Positions 1 to 9,011 of a DNA stretch of 64,000 nucleotides are shown here, piece by piece. The notes beneath the pieces are model-generated. The model had not been told where the DNA came from, searched no databases, and worked only from the letters and a program-made list of their open reading frames with translations. Numbering within the stretch: the first letter of the stretch is position 1; each line of letters opens with the position of its first letter. The stretch spans positions 10,006 through 74,005 of the forward strand of contig CAYRXB010000009.1 in assembly GCA_964428125.1 (NCBI GenBank), written 5' to 3'. The translations under genes and the position numbers were made by a program. This DNA is from an uncultured Anaerolinea sp. Lineage in GTDB: Bacteria > Chloroflexota > Anaerolineae > Anaerolineales > Anaerolineaceae.

Positions 1-410
1 GGATTGGCTTCTGCTGCTGCCTTGGTGGCATCGCCGAGGAGGAACCCAACGGTGATGATCATGTCGCATTTTTCATCAATGAATGCGTTGATGTTCTTCT
101 CGAAATCAGCAATTTCTTTTGATTCGAGGACTTTGCCCTCAATACCTAACTGGGCGACTGCATCCTGAACACCCTTCCATGCAGTTGCGTTGAAGGATTT
201 GTCATCCACACCACCGGTGTCGGTGACTTCGCAGACCTTGTATTTCGGGGCTTCGGTCGGCGCAGCGGTTGGGGCTTCGGTCGGGGCTTCAGTGACCACT
301 GGAGCTTCGGTCGGAGCAGCGGTTGGTGCAGCGGTCGGTTTGGCGCAAGCGCTCAAAGCGAACACGGCAACCAATAGTACTGATACGATCACATACAGTT
401 TCTTGGACAT
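1..410 (-). CDS. BMP-family (PnrA/Med-like) ABC-transporter substrate-binding lipoprotein, N-terminal part only (gene runs off the window start)
   Basis: Not in the ORF track because it is open at the window edge. Hand translation of the minus strand from ATG 410-408 gives MSKKLYVIVSVLLVAVFALSAC (lipobox LSAC), a Pro/Thr/Ala/Glu linker, then KVCEVTDTGGVDDKSFNATAWKGVQDAVAQLG, typical of BMP-family binding proteins. RBS AGGAGGAGA is the complement of 415-423. Confidence 0.75.
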   Translation of the reverse strand, partial: MSKKLYVIVSVLLVAVFALSACAKPTAAPTAAPTEAPVVTEAPTEAPTAAPTEAPKYKVCEVTDTGGVDDKSFNATAWKGVQDAVAQLGIEGKVLESKEIADFEKNINAFIDEKCDMIITVGFLLGDATKAAAEAN

Positions 411-506
411 TATTTCTCCTCCTACAGAGATTTTTTGGGGGGACGTTTTCCCGCCCGTTGTTTTAGTATAACTGGATTTTTTTGGCAATGCAAGTAGCTT
501 CATAAC

Positions 507-531
507 AAAAGCCGGCTATTCACCGGCTTTT
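507..531 (-). terminator. Rho-independent terminator-like hairpin after the MFS gene
   Basis: AAAAGCCGG-ctattca-CCGGCTTTT. On the minus strand the stem is followed by TTTTGTT. It lies about 20 nt downstream of the stop of 552..1868. Confidence 0.6.
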
Positions 532-551
532 GAAACTAATTTGGTCCGTTT

Positions 552-1868
552 TCATCCCGCTGAATTTCCCTGGGCTTCCAATTTCAATTTCTCTTCATGG
601 GCACGGTCGCGGACTTTTAGCATACTTAAAAATGCCAGGAACAGGAAAGCTGTTCCGAATATAAATAGCACACGGTAGTTGCTGCTCATTTTTTCCACCA
701 GCAAACCGCCAAGTGTAGGGCCAGCCACTGCCGCAGTTTGTGAGAAGAAGTAATACAACCCTGTATATGCGCCAATACGTTTTTCATTACCGTGATCATA
801 AACAAGCGGCAGACTGTTCACATTTACCCAGGACCAGAAGAAACCAACTAATACCAGGATTATGACAAACGAGATCAATCCATTAGCAAAGAAATAGCTG
901 AAGAGGAAGATCGGCAATAACGCTGCCAGCCCATAGATGATGGTCTTCTTCCGTCCCAGCCTGCCGGCGATAAATCCGGAAGGAATACAGAATGCCAGGA
1001 AGGAGACCTGGGCAACCGAAGCCACGATGGACGCTGTTCCCGGTTTCAACCCCAAGCTGGTTACTGCAAAAGATGAAAGACCAGTTTCAATGGCATTAAA
1101 CCCGGTAAACCAGCAGAAGATGGCCAATAGGATGAAGAGTGCTGATCTATCCTTATTCGAAAATACTGCTTTAAGGTTGGGAATCAGACCCTTAACGGAT
1201 TCGTCGACTTTTGGCTCGCTCCCGTCAGCAGTCTCGGTGCCCAACTCGCGCGGCTCTTTTACGACAATCAAAACAACAGCCAGGGCTACAGTCATGGTGA
1301 TGGCGCCGGCGAGGAAAGGACCATTACGTCCAAATGCGTTGTAAATCATGCCCCCCAAAACATAAGAGATTACCCCGGCTGCACCCCCCATCAGGTTAAT
1401 TACGCCATTAGCCTTACTGCGTTCCTCCGGTTTGAACAGATCGCCCAACCAGGAAACCACTGGTGACCGAAACAGCGCCATGCCAATATTCGTAACGAGG
1501 ATGAACACCGCGACAGCCAGTACCGATTGCGCCAAAGGAATGGAAATGAACCCAACCAGCGCAATGGGCAGCCCGAGTAGAACCCATGGTTTACGGCGAC
1601 CGAAGCGGTTCCAGGTGTGGTCACTGCGATTGCCGACCCACGGCTGCACGAAGATATTGATGATATTGTCCCAGGTCATGATGAACATGGCCAGGGCTGG
1701 TCCCAGGGCGAAACCTCTGAAATCAGTGAAAGTTGTGTGGAAATTCGGATTCCCAACCTGCAGGATTAGTGGAATCCACTGGTTGAAGATTGGCCAGAGG
1801 ATGCTAATCCCGAAGAACCCAAAACCCACCAGAAATGTTCGTCCCCATGGAAATTTTGATTTGGTCAT
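552..1868 (-). CDS. MFS transporter (GPH/SLC45-like sugar-cation symporter type)
   Basis: 438 aa, hydrophobic throughout with about 12 predicted helices. The loop motif GNRSDHTWNRFGRRKPW is typical of this MFS branch. ATG start confirmed at 1868-1866. Confidence 0.8.
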   Translation of the reverse strand: MTKSKFPWGRTFLVGFGFFGISILWPIFNQWIPLILQVGNPNFHTTFTDFRGFALGPALAMFIMTWDNIINIFVQPWVGNRSDHTWNRFGRRKPWVLLGLPIALVGFISIPLAQSVLAVAVFILVTNIGMALFRSPVVSWLGDLFKPEERSKANGVINLMGGAAGVISYVLGGMIYNAFGRNGPFLAGAITMTVALAVVLIVVKEPRELGTETADGSEPKVDESVKGLIPNLKAVFSNKDRSALFILLAIFCWFTGFNAIETGLSSFAVTSLGLKPGTASIVASVAQVSFLAFCIPSGFIAGRLGRKKTIIYGLAALLPIFLFSYFFANGLISFVIILVLVGFFWSWVNVNSLPLVYDHGNEKRIGAYTGLYYFFSQTAAVAGPTLGGLLVEKMSSNYRVLFIFGTAFLFLAFLSMLKVRDRAHEEKLKLEAQGNSAG

Positions 1869-1889
1869 TGTCCACTCCTTCGCTTCGAT

Positions 1890-2576
1890 TTATGATTTCT
1901 GATCGCCCAGCAGATCCGGGCGGTGTTTCCGGGTTCTCAACAATGATTGCTCCTGGCGCCATTTGGCAATGGCGGCATGGTTGCCCGAAAGCAGCACTTC
2001 CGGCACGCGCCATCCGCGGAACTCCTCCGGGCGGGTGTAATGCGGGTATTCCAGCAGCCCGCTGCCGAATGAATCATCGTACGGTCCATCGGGGTCGCCC
2101 AGCGCGCCGGGGATGAACCGCGTGACCGCGTCGATGATGGAAAGCGCGGGCAGCTCGCCGCCGGTGAGCACGTAATCGCCTACCGAGATCTGGTCGGTCA
2201 CCAGGTGCTCGCACACGCGCTCATCCACGCCTTCGTAGCGCCCGCATAGCAGGGCAATGCGTGGCAGCTGTGCCAGTTCCTGCGCCACCGCGGTGGTGAA
2301 CGGCCGCCCCTGTGGGCTCATCAGGATCACCGGGCAGGAGGGGGGTGCGCCAAGCACAGTCTCCACCGCTTCAAAGATGGGTTCCACCTTCATCACCATT
2401 CCCCCGCCGCCGCCATACGGGGCGTCATCCGTTACGTGGTGCTTATCGTGGGTGTAATCACGGATGTTGTGCACGTCAACGTGGATCAGACCATTCTGGC
2501 GGGCGCGCTGCAGGATGCTGAACTCGAGGTACGGCAGGATCACTTCAGGGAAAAGGGTGAAAACATCGAACTGCAT
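1890..2576 (-). CDS. trmD: tRNA (guanine37-N1)-methyltransferase
   Basis: 228 aa. Starts [11 protein letters not shown], with [14 protein letters not shown] and [11 protein letters not shown] blocks characteristic of TrmD. Confidence 0.95.
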   Translation of the reverse strand: MQFDVFTLFPEVILPYLEFSILQRARQNGLIHVDVHNIRDYTHDKHHVTDDAPYGGGGGMVMKVEPIFEAVETVLGAPPSCPVILMSPQGRPFTTAVAQELAQLPRIALLCGRYEGVDERVCEHLVTDQISVGDYVLTGGELPALSIIDAVTRFIPGALGDPDGPYDDSFGSGLLEYPHYTRPEEFRGWRVPEVLLSGNHAAIAKWRQEQSLLRTRKHRPDLLGDQKS

Positions 2577-2695
2577 GGATTCATTCTAGCGAAAACAGGG
2601 ACTAAAGGCAAGTGAATTGCCAATGCGAAATCAGGAGGTTTGTCAGGTATTGTTCGTTTTTAGCCGTCTTGACGCTCCTCCCAAGCGTTGGTAAG

Positions 2696-3988
2696 ATGAA
2701 AACCATGTATATCAAAGGCTCCAAATGGAGTATGCAAAAACGGCGCAAGCGCGCCAATCCGTTCAGGGTGATCGCCCTGCTGGCGGTGATCGGCTTGATC
2801 ATCCTGGTGAACCAGCTGGTGGTGCCCACCATGCCCACGCTATTCGGTTCCACACCAACGCCCACGCGTCCGCCTGAATCCTTTATCACAGACGCCCAGG
2901 CATTGGAAGCAGCCGGGAAGTATGCGCAGGCGATCCAAAGTTACAACCAGGCAGTGCTGGCTGACCCGAAGAACCCAAGCAACTTTGTATCGCTGGCGCG
3001 GCTTTACGCTTACACCGGCAATTACAAGGAAGCCATCACCAATGCGGAAAATGCCCTGCTGATCAATCCCAAAAACGATACTGCCATGGCTTTGCGCGGC
3101 TGGGCTTACGGGCTCGCCGGAGATAACATCCAGGCGGTAGGGGCGCTGCAGGATGCCATTGCCCTCAACAAGGATAACGCGGCAGCCTGGGGCTACCTGG
3201 CTGAAGTGTATGTTTACATGCTGCAGCTCAACCAGGGCGACCTGAACACACTGGATAACGCCATTGCCGCTTCCAAGCAGGCGATTGCCCTCGCCCCCAA
3301 TGCGCTCGAAACACACCGCGGGCGCGGTTATGTGCTGGAATACACCGCCAATTACGCGGAAGCAGTGGCTGAATTCGAAGCAGCAGTTGCCATCAACCCG
3401 AACATTGCTGACCTGCACCTGGCATTGGGGCGCAATTACCGCGCTACCCAGCAATTTGATAAGGCAATCACCGAGTTCTCCAAGGCTAACGCGCTCAACC
3501 CCACCGACTACACGCCGGAATTGCTCATCTCGCGCACGTACGCCCAGAACGGTGATTATGCCAAGGCAGCCCAGTATGGCGAGGCAGCGGTGGCAGATGA
3601 CCCTTCAAACCCAACCCTTTATGGTTACCTCGGGCTGGTTTACTGGAAGCAGCAAAAGTACTACGATGCCGTGGATGCCCTGCGGTTGGCGATTCGCGGC
3701 GGCACTGACAAGAACGGTGTAGCCGTTGAAGGGCTGCCGCTGGATTACGGCCGGGTGGGTGAGTTCTACTATACCTACGGGCTGGCGCTGGCGAAGCTGG
3801 GGCAATGCGGAGAAGCCCTGCAGATCGCCCAGGCGGTTGCCACCGGTCTGCGGAATGATGATGTGGCGGGTTATAATGCCCAGGAAATCATCAACACCTG
3901 CGAACGCCTTGCTAAGGAAGGCAAATCTGACCTGCCGACTGTTACCCCAACCCAAGGCCCTGCAGCAACCGCCACCCCGAAACCGTAG
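2696..3988 (+). CDS. Membrane-anchored TPR-repeat protein
   Basis: Basic N-terminus, one TM helix (RVIALLAVIGLIILVNQLVV), a PTPTRP linker, then many 34-aa TPR-like units (for example AIQSYNQAVLADPKNPSNFVSLARLYAYTGNYKEA). The track ORF starts at GTG 2612. ATG 2696 was chosen by analogy with the downstream paralogue, so the start is uncertain. Confidence 0.8.
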   Translation: MKTMYIKGSKWSMQKRRKRANPFRVIALLAVIGLIILVNQLVVPTMPTLFGSTPTPTRPPESFITDAQALEAAGKYAQAIQSYNQAVLADPKNPSNFVSLARLYAYTGNYKEAITNAENALLINPKNDTAMALRGWAYGLAGDNIQAVGALQDAIALNKDNAAAWGYLAEVYVYMLQLNQGDLNTLDNAIAASKQAIALAPNALETHRGRGYVLEYTANYAEAVAEFEAAVAINPNIADLHLALGRNYRATQQFDKAITEFSKANALNPTDYTPELLISRTYAQNGDYAKAAQYGEAAVADDPSNPTLYGYLGLVYWKQQKYYDAVDALRLAIRGGTDKNGVAVEGLPLDYGRVGEFYYTYGLALAKLGQCGEALQIAQAVATGLRNDDVAGYNAQEIINTCERLAKEGKSDLPTVTPTQGPAATATPKP

Positions 3989-4009
3989 ACTGTTCCCATT
4001 CGATAACGA

Positions 4010-5383
4010 ATGATCGATTACAACGGAAAGCGCAATCTCTTCAGCAATCCCCGCAAATCCTCCAACCCGGTGAGGATCTTTGTGATGGTCATGATCATCC
4101 TGGCGCTGCTGTTCGTTTACCGCGCTTTCAGCGAAGGCAGAATCACCCCGCTGCTGGAGCCCACTCCCACCCCCACGCGCACCTTCAACTCGTATACCGA
4201 TGAAGGCGAGACCCATTTCAAGGCCGGCAACCTCGAAAAAGCCATCGAAGCCTATTACAAGGCGGTGGAGATCGAACCCAACAACCCCGAGTTGTGGGCG
4301 GAGCTGGCGCGCATCCAGGTGTATTCCACCTCACAGATCACCACCGACAGCGGCAAGAAAGCGCGGCTGGAACAGGCACTGGCTACCGTAGCAAAGGGGC
4401 TGGAGATCGCCCCTGAGAACAGCATGCTTTTTGCAGTCAAAGCATTCGCACTGGACTGGTACGGCAATTCTGCCATTGCCGGCGAAAACTGGCAGGATTC
4501 GCTCAACGCTGGCGAGCAGGCAGCGGTGTACGCGCTGCAATATGACAACACCAATGCGCTGGCACTGGCCTATTACGCAGAACTGCTTATCGACCAGCAA
4601 AAGTGGAGCCAGGCGCAGCAGTACATTACCCAGGCGCTTGACCGCGACCCCAGCTTGATGGACGTGCACCGCGTGAATGGCTATGTGATGGAATCCACCG
4701 CTAATTACAAGCAGGCGGTGGAAGAATACAAGAAAGCCATCGAGATCATGCCCAACCTGAACTTCCTCTACATCTCCCTCGGCGCCAATTACCGCAAGCT
4801 GGCCAACCTCAGCGAGATCACCCCGGAACGCAACTACTATTATGACCTGGCGCTGGAAGCCTTTGCCAACGCGGTGCGCATCAACGACCAGGTGGGGGTG
4901 AATGACCCCATCCCTTACATCTCCATTGCCAACACCTACGTGCAGCAGGGGCAATTCCTGGCCGCTTCCAGCAATATGCTCAAAGCCCTCAGCTTCAACC
5001 CCACCGACCCCACCGTTTACGGGCAGCTGGGGGTGGTGTATTACAAGGGGCGCAACTACGAGGGCTCCATCCTGCCGCTCAAGTGCGCGGTGAAGGGCTG
5101 CAGCGCGGCTGAGTCTTGCCAGGTGCGCAATTACGGCGCGGAGTGCGATGCAGCGGATGTTGGCAATATCGTGCTTCAGGCGCTGCCGATGACCACTAAT
5201 ACTGTCATCTATTACTACATCTATGGCTCGGTGCTGGCGGGCCTGCACCAGAAGAGCAATGGTTATTGCGAAGAAGCCATGCAGGTCTTCAAGCAGATCC
5301 AATCGGGCTTTGGCTCGGATGCTACCATTATGAACATCGTCAACGAGGGCATGGCCATCTGCCAGTACTACGGGTACAAGTGA
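4010..5383 (+). CDS. Membrane-anchored TPR-repeat protein (paralogue of the upstream gene)
   Basis: 457 aa with the same architecture: basic N-terminus, TM helix (RIFVMVMIILALLFVY), PTPTPTR linker and TPR units (KAIEAYYKAVEIEPNNPELWAELARIQ). Confidence 0.8.
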   Translation: MIDYNGKRNLFSNPRKSSNPVRIFVMVMIILALLFVYRAFSEGRITPLLEPTPTPTRTFNSYTDEGETHFKAGNLEKAIEAYYKAVEIEPNNPELWAELARIQVYSTSQITTDSGKKARLEQALATVAKGLEIAPENSMLFAVKAFALDWYGNSAIAGENWQDSLNAGEQAAVYALQYDNTNALALAYYAELLIDQQKWSQAQQYITQALDRDPSLMDVHRVNGYVMESTANYKQAVEEYKKAIEIMPNLNFLYISLGANYRKLANLSEITPERNYYYDLALEAFANAVRINDQVGVNDPIPYISIANTYVQQGQFLAASSNMLKALSFNPTDPTVYGQLGVVYYKGRNYEGSILPLKCAVKGCSAAESCQVRNYGAECDAADVGNIVLQALPMTTNTVIYYYIYGSVLAGLHQKSNGYCEEAMQVFKQIQSGFGSDATIMNIVNEGMAICQYYGYK

Positions 5384-5395
5384 CAAAAATCGTTA

Positions 5396-5515
5396 ACCAC
5401 TGAATACACGGAATCCACTGAAATTAAAAACCTAAGAACGCAACCACGAAACACACGAAAAACACGAAACAAAAACAATATCATTCGTAGGGGCAATTCA
5501 TGAATTGCCCCTACG
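5396..5515 (+). repeat. Composite REP-like repeat, copy A
   Basis: ACCACTGAATACACGGAATCCACTGAAA...AACCTAAGAACGCAACCACGAAACACACGAAA...AAAAACAATATCATT followed by the 30-nt perfect palindrome CGTAGGGGCAATTCATGAATTGCCCCTACG (5486-5515). Same architecture as 8112-8294 and, inverted, 13687-13970. A truncated inverted half copy (GCCCCTACGAATAACATCATTATTCG) follows at 5534-5560. Confidence 0.85.
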
Positions 5516-5683
5516 GTTGTTAAGATGTATCGTGCCCCTACGAATAACATCATTATTCGTTTTTGTTCTATTTCGCTCACCCGTACAACCCAAGGTGTAA
5601 AAACCGCAAGAGGCGAGGATCGTGATTCAGTAACCAGGAATGACGAGCCCGCACCCAAATTCAACCAACTTGGATCAATCTTA

Positions 5684-6391
5684 TCAAGAAAGCGAACCGC
5701 TCGTAAGCCGCTGTCTCTTGCCGGCAACCAGCGATAATAGGATCATTACCCCGCCGGCGAGAAGAAGTGACGCCCACCAGAATTTTGCAAAGCGGCTGCC
5801 AAAAACCCAGGCAAATACTGCAACCGCCAGCAGACCCGCAGCCGGGTACTTTGCCCAACTGGTGGCGCGACCCTTTCGCAGCAGCCAGACCACCCCAAAC
5901 GTCAACCCTAGTCCGAGCAGAAGCACCCAGGTATACACACCCAGTTTCAAGTGATTCGGCAGCGCCAGGAATTCAGCACGTGAGGTGAAGTTTTCGAGCA
6001 GGACCACCACACTGATGCTCAAGAACGTGCCGCCAGGGAGAATCGCCCACCAATTTTTGGCGGAGAAAACTGCGATGAGAATGAAGGTCGCCGCTAACAC
6101 CATCAGGTAGACAGGTCCGGAAAGCTGGCTGTCTGGCAGCAGCGTATCCAGCAACGCTGCTACGCCGCCGCTGAGAAAAATTCCACCCGGCAGGATCGCC
6201 CCCCAGTATTTCCTGAACCAGAAGCCCAGGCTGAAGAACCAGAAGGCAGAAATGAACATGATGGTTGGACCGGTCAGATCTTCATGGAACTTTTGCCTCG
6301 CCAGGATGGAAGATCCAATGAGGATGAGGGTGATCCCGAGGAAGGAACCAATGAAGCTGATGATTGATTGCTTCTTAATTTTTGCATCCAT
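5684..6391 (-). CDS. Integral membrane protein of unknown function
   Basis: 235 aa, almost entirely hydrophobic helices. Carries internally repeated W(W/G)AILPGG motifs (YWGAILPGGIFLSGG, NWWAILPGGTFLSIS, KFWWASLLLAGG). ATG confirmed at 6391-6389. Confidence 0.65.
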   Translation of the reverse strand: MDAKIKKQSIISFIGSFLGITLILIGSSILARQKFHEDLTGPTIMFISAFWFFSLGFWFRKYWGAILPGGIFLSGGVAALLDTLLPDSQLSGPVYLMVLAATFILIAVFSAKNWWAILPGGTFLSISVVVLLENFTSRAEFLALPNHLKLGVYTWVLLLGLGLTFGVVWLLRKGRATSWAKYPAAGLLAVAVFAWVFGSRFAKFWWASLLLAGGVMILLSLVAGKRQRLTSGSLS

Positions 6392-6873
6392 AATTCATCC
6401 TTTCCGATAACCAAAAACAAAGCCGATTCGCTTTGAATTCACCGTGTATAGGTTGGTGCTTAATTTTTCTTATCACCTGGAGAGCAGAATTCATCTGCCT
6501 GGATGCATTGTTACTTCATTCTTATTGCGGATGAATTAAGGCATGATTAAGATTAGTTAAGGGTAATTTAATGATGTTTCCCTCGCTTTCCTACCGAATA
6601 TCACACGCTTTCAGCCAGCCGATGAACACTGTTCTCTTCACTTGAAGGCGCATAAATCTTTGCTCCCTTGCAATACTTGCATTGCACTTTGTTTGGTCCA
6701 TACTTGCCCCCGATGCAACATCTTCCCTTTGTCCTTTGGGAGTGCCGGGGGTGCAGCTGAGCAATTCTTGTATTTTTGTAAATAACCAAATGTGGTTAAT
6801 CTCGTCCTTAACTTAATCTGATATACAATACTCCCGTGGAGCAATTTCCATTTATCAGACTAAAATTCACTTG

Positions 6874-7947
6874 ATGGATCACACCAAACTCATTCTGAAT
6901 TCTCAAAAAACACACTCTGTGCCAACCGTTAAGAAGATCCTATTACTGTTGTCGATTTTTGCCATATTGGTTCCATGGCAAATTGCCTATGCCCAGGATG
7001 GAACATCGAATTCCCAGACCCCTCCCACTGCTGAAGAACTGATCAATGCAGTCAATGCATTGCGGCTCGCCAATGGCTTGCGTGCCTTGACGACGAATCC
7101 TAAGCTGATGCAGGTTGCCCAGATTGAGGTGGAAGGTATTGCCGCCGGCAACAACGGACACTGGCGCCCCAATAATTTGTCACTTGGTCAATGGTTGATG
7201 TCACTGGGTTATCCTTTATCGGGAGATATTGACCTCGACGGTTACCGTTCGGAAAACTGGATTGGCGGCCCCAATATGACGGTCCAGCAGGCGATTTCTG
7301 CTTGGGGCGGTGATGACCCGCACACGAACACCATGCTCTCTCCATGGCGCAGCGACATCGGCGCAGGAGTTGCAACCGCAGTGGATGAGTGGGGGCAGAC
7401 GATTGTTTACTATGTCCTTGAAACCGCTCTTCGAACCAGGGATGGTCAAATGCAGCCCGATGCTTACCCGACACTCACCGCCATTGCGCGGGACCAATTG
7501 TTGGTGTACGGAGACCCCACACAAGCTGCGCTGGCGCTGGGTGTCTCGCAATTTGTCATGCCTGTTACCTGCGCCACTGCCCGCCCTGACGGTGATGTGG
7601 TCCACGAGGTAAAAAACGGGCAGAGCCTTTGGAGTATTGCCATTGCCTATGGGGTCAAGATCGACCAGATCCGCACGCTGAACAATTTACCTGCCACAGA
7701 TATATATGTTGGGCAAAAGCTGCTGGTGCAAAAGCACGCCACCCAGCCGGCAACGCCGACCTCCAAGGCAACCCCTACCGCCCGGCCGACCCTCACCCCG
7801 CGGCCGACGCTAACGCCCACACCGCAGCCAACGGATGAACCGCTTACCGCACGTCTCAAGTCGAACCTGTTCACCATCAGCATCATTACTATTGCCGTCT
7901 TATATGTTGTTGGGGTAATAATTGCCAATACCCGAAGAAGAATTTAA
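6874..7947 (+). CDS. Secreted CAP/SCP (YkwD-like) domain protein with LysM domain and C-terminal membrane anchor
   Basis: Signal/TM segment; CAP-type block (LINAVNALRLANGLRALTTNPKLMQVAQ ... GHW ... ENW ... AWGGDDPHTNTML); LysM (HEVKNGQSLWSIAIAYGVKIDQIRTLNNLPATDIYVGQKLLV); Pro/Thr linker; terminal TM helix. The track start 6871 is TTG; ATG 6874 is preferred. Confidence 0.8.
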   Translation: MDHTKLILNSQKTHSVPTVKKILLLLSIFAILVPWQIAYAQDGTSNSQTPPTAEELINAVNALRLANGLRALTTNPKLMQVAQIEVEGIAAGNNGHWRPNNLSLGQWLMSLGYPLSGDIDLDGYRSENWIGGPNMTVQQAISAWGGDDPHTNTMLSPWRSDIGAGVATAVDEWGQTIVYYVLETALRTRDGQMQPDAYPTLTAIARDQLLVYGDPTQAALALGVSQFVMPVTCATARPDGDVVHEVKNGQSLWSIAIAYGVKIDQIRTLNNLPATDIYVGQKLLVQKHATQPATPTSKATPTARPTLTPRPTLTPTPQPTDEPLTARLKSNLFTISIITIAVLYVVGVIIANTRRRI

Positions 7948-8111
7948 AATCTCCAGCCCGGGCGTGAGGTAGAACTACTCTCCTCTCTTTCCGGTCCTGT
8001 CGCACCTGAACTCCCTTGCACTCCCGAAGGACATCGGGACGATGTTGCAGCAAGAGCAAGTGTGACGAGGGAGCCTAGCGACCGTGGCGTTCTCCGGTAA
8101 TATCCTCATAA

Positions 8112-8294
8112 ACCACGGAATACACAGAATACACTGAAAATATAAACCTAAGAACGCAACCACGAACCCTATTCGTAAGAACAACTTAGCCATTACATGG
8201 TGCGAAAACCGCGAGGGTGCAAAATTCGCAATACACGAAAATCACGAAATAAAAACAATATCATTCGTAGGGGCAATTCATGAATTGCCCCTAC
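8112..8294 (+). repeat. Composite REP-like repeat, copy B (with a ~65-nt internal insertion)
   Basis: ACCACGGAATACACAGAATACACTGAAAATATAAACCTAAGAACGCAACCACGAA [insert] ATACACGAAAATCACGAAATAAAAACAATATCATTC + GTAGGGGCAATTCATGAATTGCCCCTAC (8267-8294). It is nearly identical to copy A outside the insert. Confidence 0.85.
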
Positions 8295-8874
8295 CAACCA
8301 CATCGCCTTCATCCTCCAATAACTCCGGGTGGGCTGCCATCCATTCGGCGGCTTCGATCTCCTTGGCTTTAGCCTCCTCGGGGGAGCGGAAGTTGTCGTA
8401 GAAGCGGCGCAGCTCCGGCCATTCCAGTTCCAGCTCCTCCAGGGCGCGGCGGAGCATGGCGCCGGGGTCCATGTCGAGGGCGGGCAGGCGGGAGTGGGTG
8501 CGCACCATACGGTTGATGGAGCCGGTGGCGTTGGAAAGGGTGTTGAGCAGCGACTTGGCTTCGCCGAGGTCTTCCACCTCTGCGCCGAGCTCAGCCACCT
8601 TGCGCGAGAAAACGCGCATCATGCCGATCTCGTCTTCCAGCGAGCGGGTGGTGGTTTCCTCCAGCCCGTCGAGCTGGGATTGCGGCAGGCGGCGGGCATA
8701 AAAGCCATGCGTGAGGGCGTTCTGGTTGCCCAGGGGAGCACCTCGCTTTTTTTTAGGTTGCGGTTCAACAGGGGCAATTGCAATGGGTTGAATTGCAGGT
8801 TTCTTTCGCGCATTCTGATTGCCGCGCGGTGCGCCCCGACCTCGCCTGGGTTGAGAAGTTGCATTTTCGGACAT
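8278..8874 (-). CDS. Hypothetical protein with N-terminal duplicated RGAPxGNQNA repeats (possible phage-type DNA-binding or small-terminase-like protein)
   Basis: 198 aa, GC-rich. Contains RRGRGAPRGNQNARK and KKRGAPLGNQNALTHGFYARRL, then an acidic helical C-terminal half. The last six codons and the TGA stop lie inside the repeat-B palindrome. The functional call rests on motif memory only. Confidence 0.6.
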   Translation of the reverse strand: MSENATSQPRRGRGAPRGNQNARKKPAIQPIAIAPVEPQPKKKRGAPLGNQNALTHGFYARRLPQSQLDGLEETTTRSLEDEIGMMRVFSRKVAELGAEVEDLGEAKSLLNTLSNATGSINRMVRTHSRLPALDMDPGAMLRRALEELELEWPELRRFYDNFRSPEEAKAKEIEAAEWMAAHPELLEDEGDVVGRGNS

Positions 8875-9011
8875 GTTTTCACCTTGTGTGATTTGAAATA
8901 ATTTGATTTGATCCTAGTTTCAAAAAGATTCAATTCAAATAAATCAATTGGAATATAGAACTTATTTTCTATTAATTGTCTCACAAAAAGAGTGAAAACG
9001 TATCCCCCCAA

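Noticed and set aside
190-471. Track ORF (93 aa, plus strand), rich in GASVG repeats
   Set aside because: It is the antisense reading of the Pro/Thr/Ala linker of the minus-strand BMP lipoprotein gene. It is low-complexity, has no RBS, and the opposite strand has a clear signal peptide and family motif.
4331-5386. 351-aa minus-strand ORF; similar cases at 2840..3454 and 3605..4216
   Set aside because: These are antisense to the two TPR genes, typical long shadow ORFs of GC-rich coding DNA. The translations are Arg/Gly/His-rich with no domain features.
5368-5727. ORFs translating the repeat elements (5368..5727, 7975..8193, 13727..14050, 10366..10830, 10625..11023, 10722..11060)
   Set aside because: Their sequences (for example VGAIHELPL, FRVFRVFRG, EIASSLRSSQ) are direct translations of the REP-like repeats. 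They have no RBS and occupy intergenic positions.
6601-6789. 62-aa ORF with CC...CxxC as a possible zinc-ribbon gene
   Set aside because: It has no recognisable family, no clear RBS, and atypical composition. I did not list it as a feature and mention it only in the context of the flanking inverted repeats.
7975-8100. GC-rich ~130-nt segment after the CAP/LysM gene; briefly considered as SRP RNA or a cobalamin-type riboswitch
   Set aside because: A fragment such as CAGGACCGGAAAGAGAGG only superficially resembles the SRP domain IV motif and cannot form the GNAR-capped helix. There is no B12 box. Only a short TCCCGA/TCGGGA hairpin is evident. It remains unassigned.
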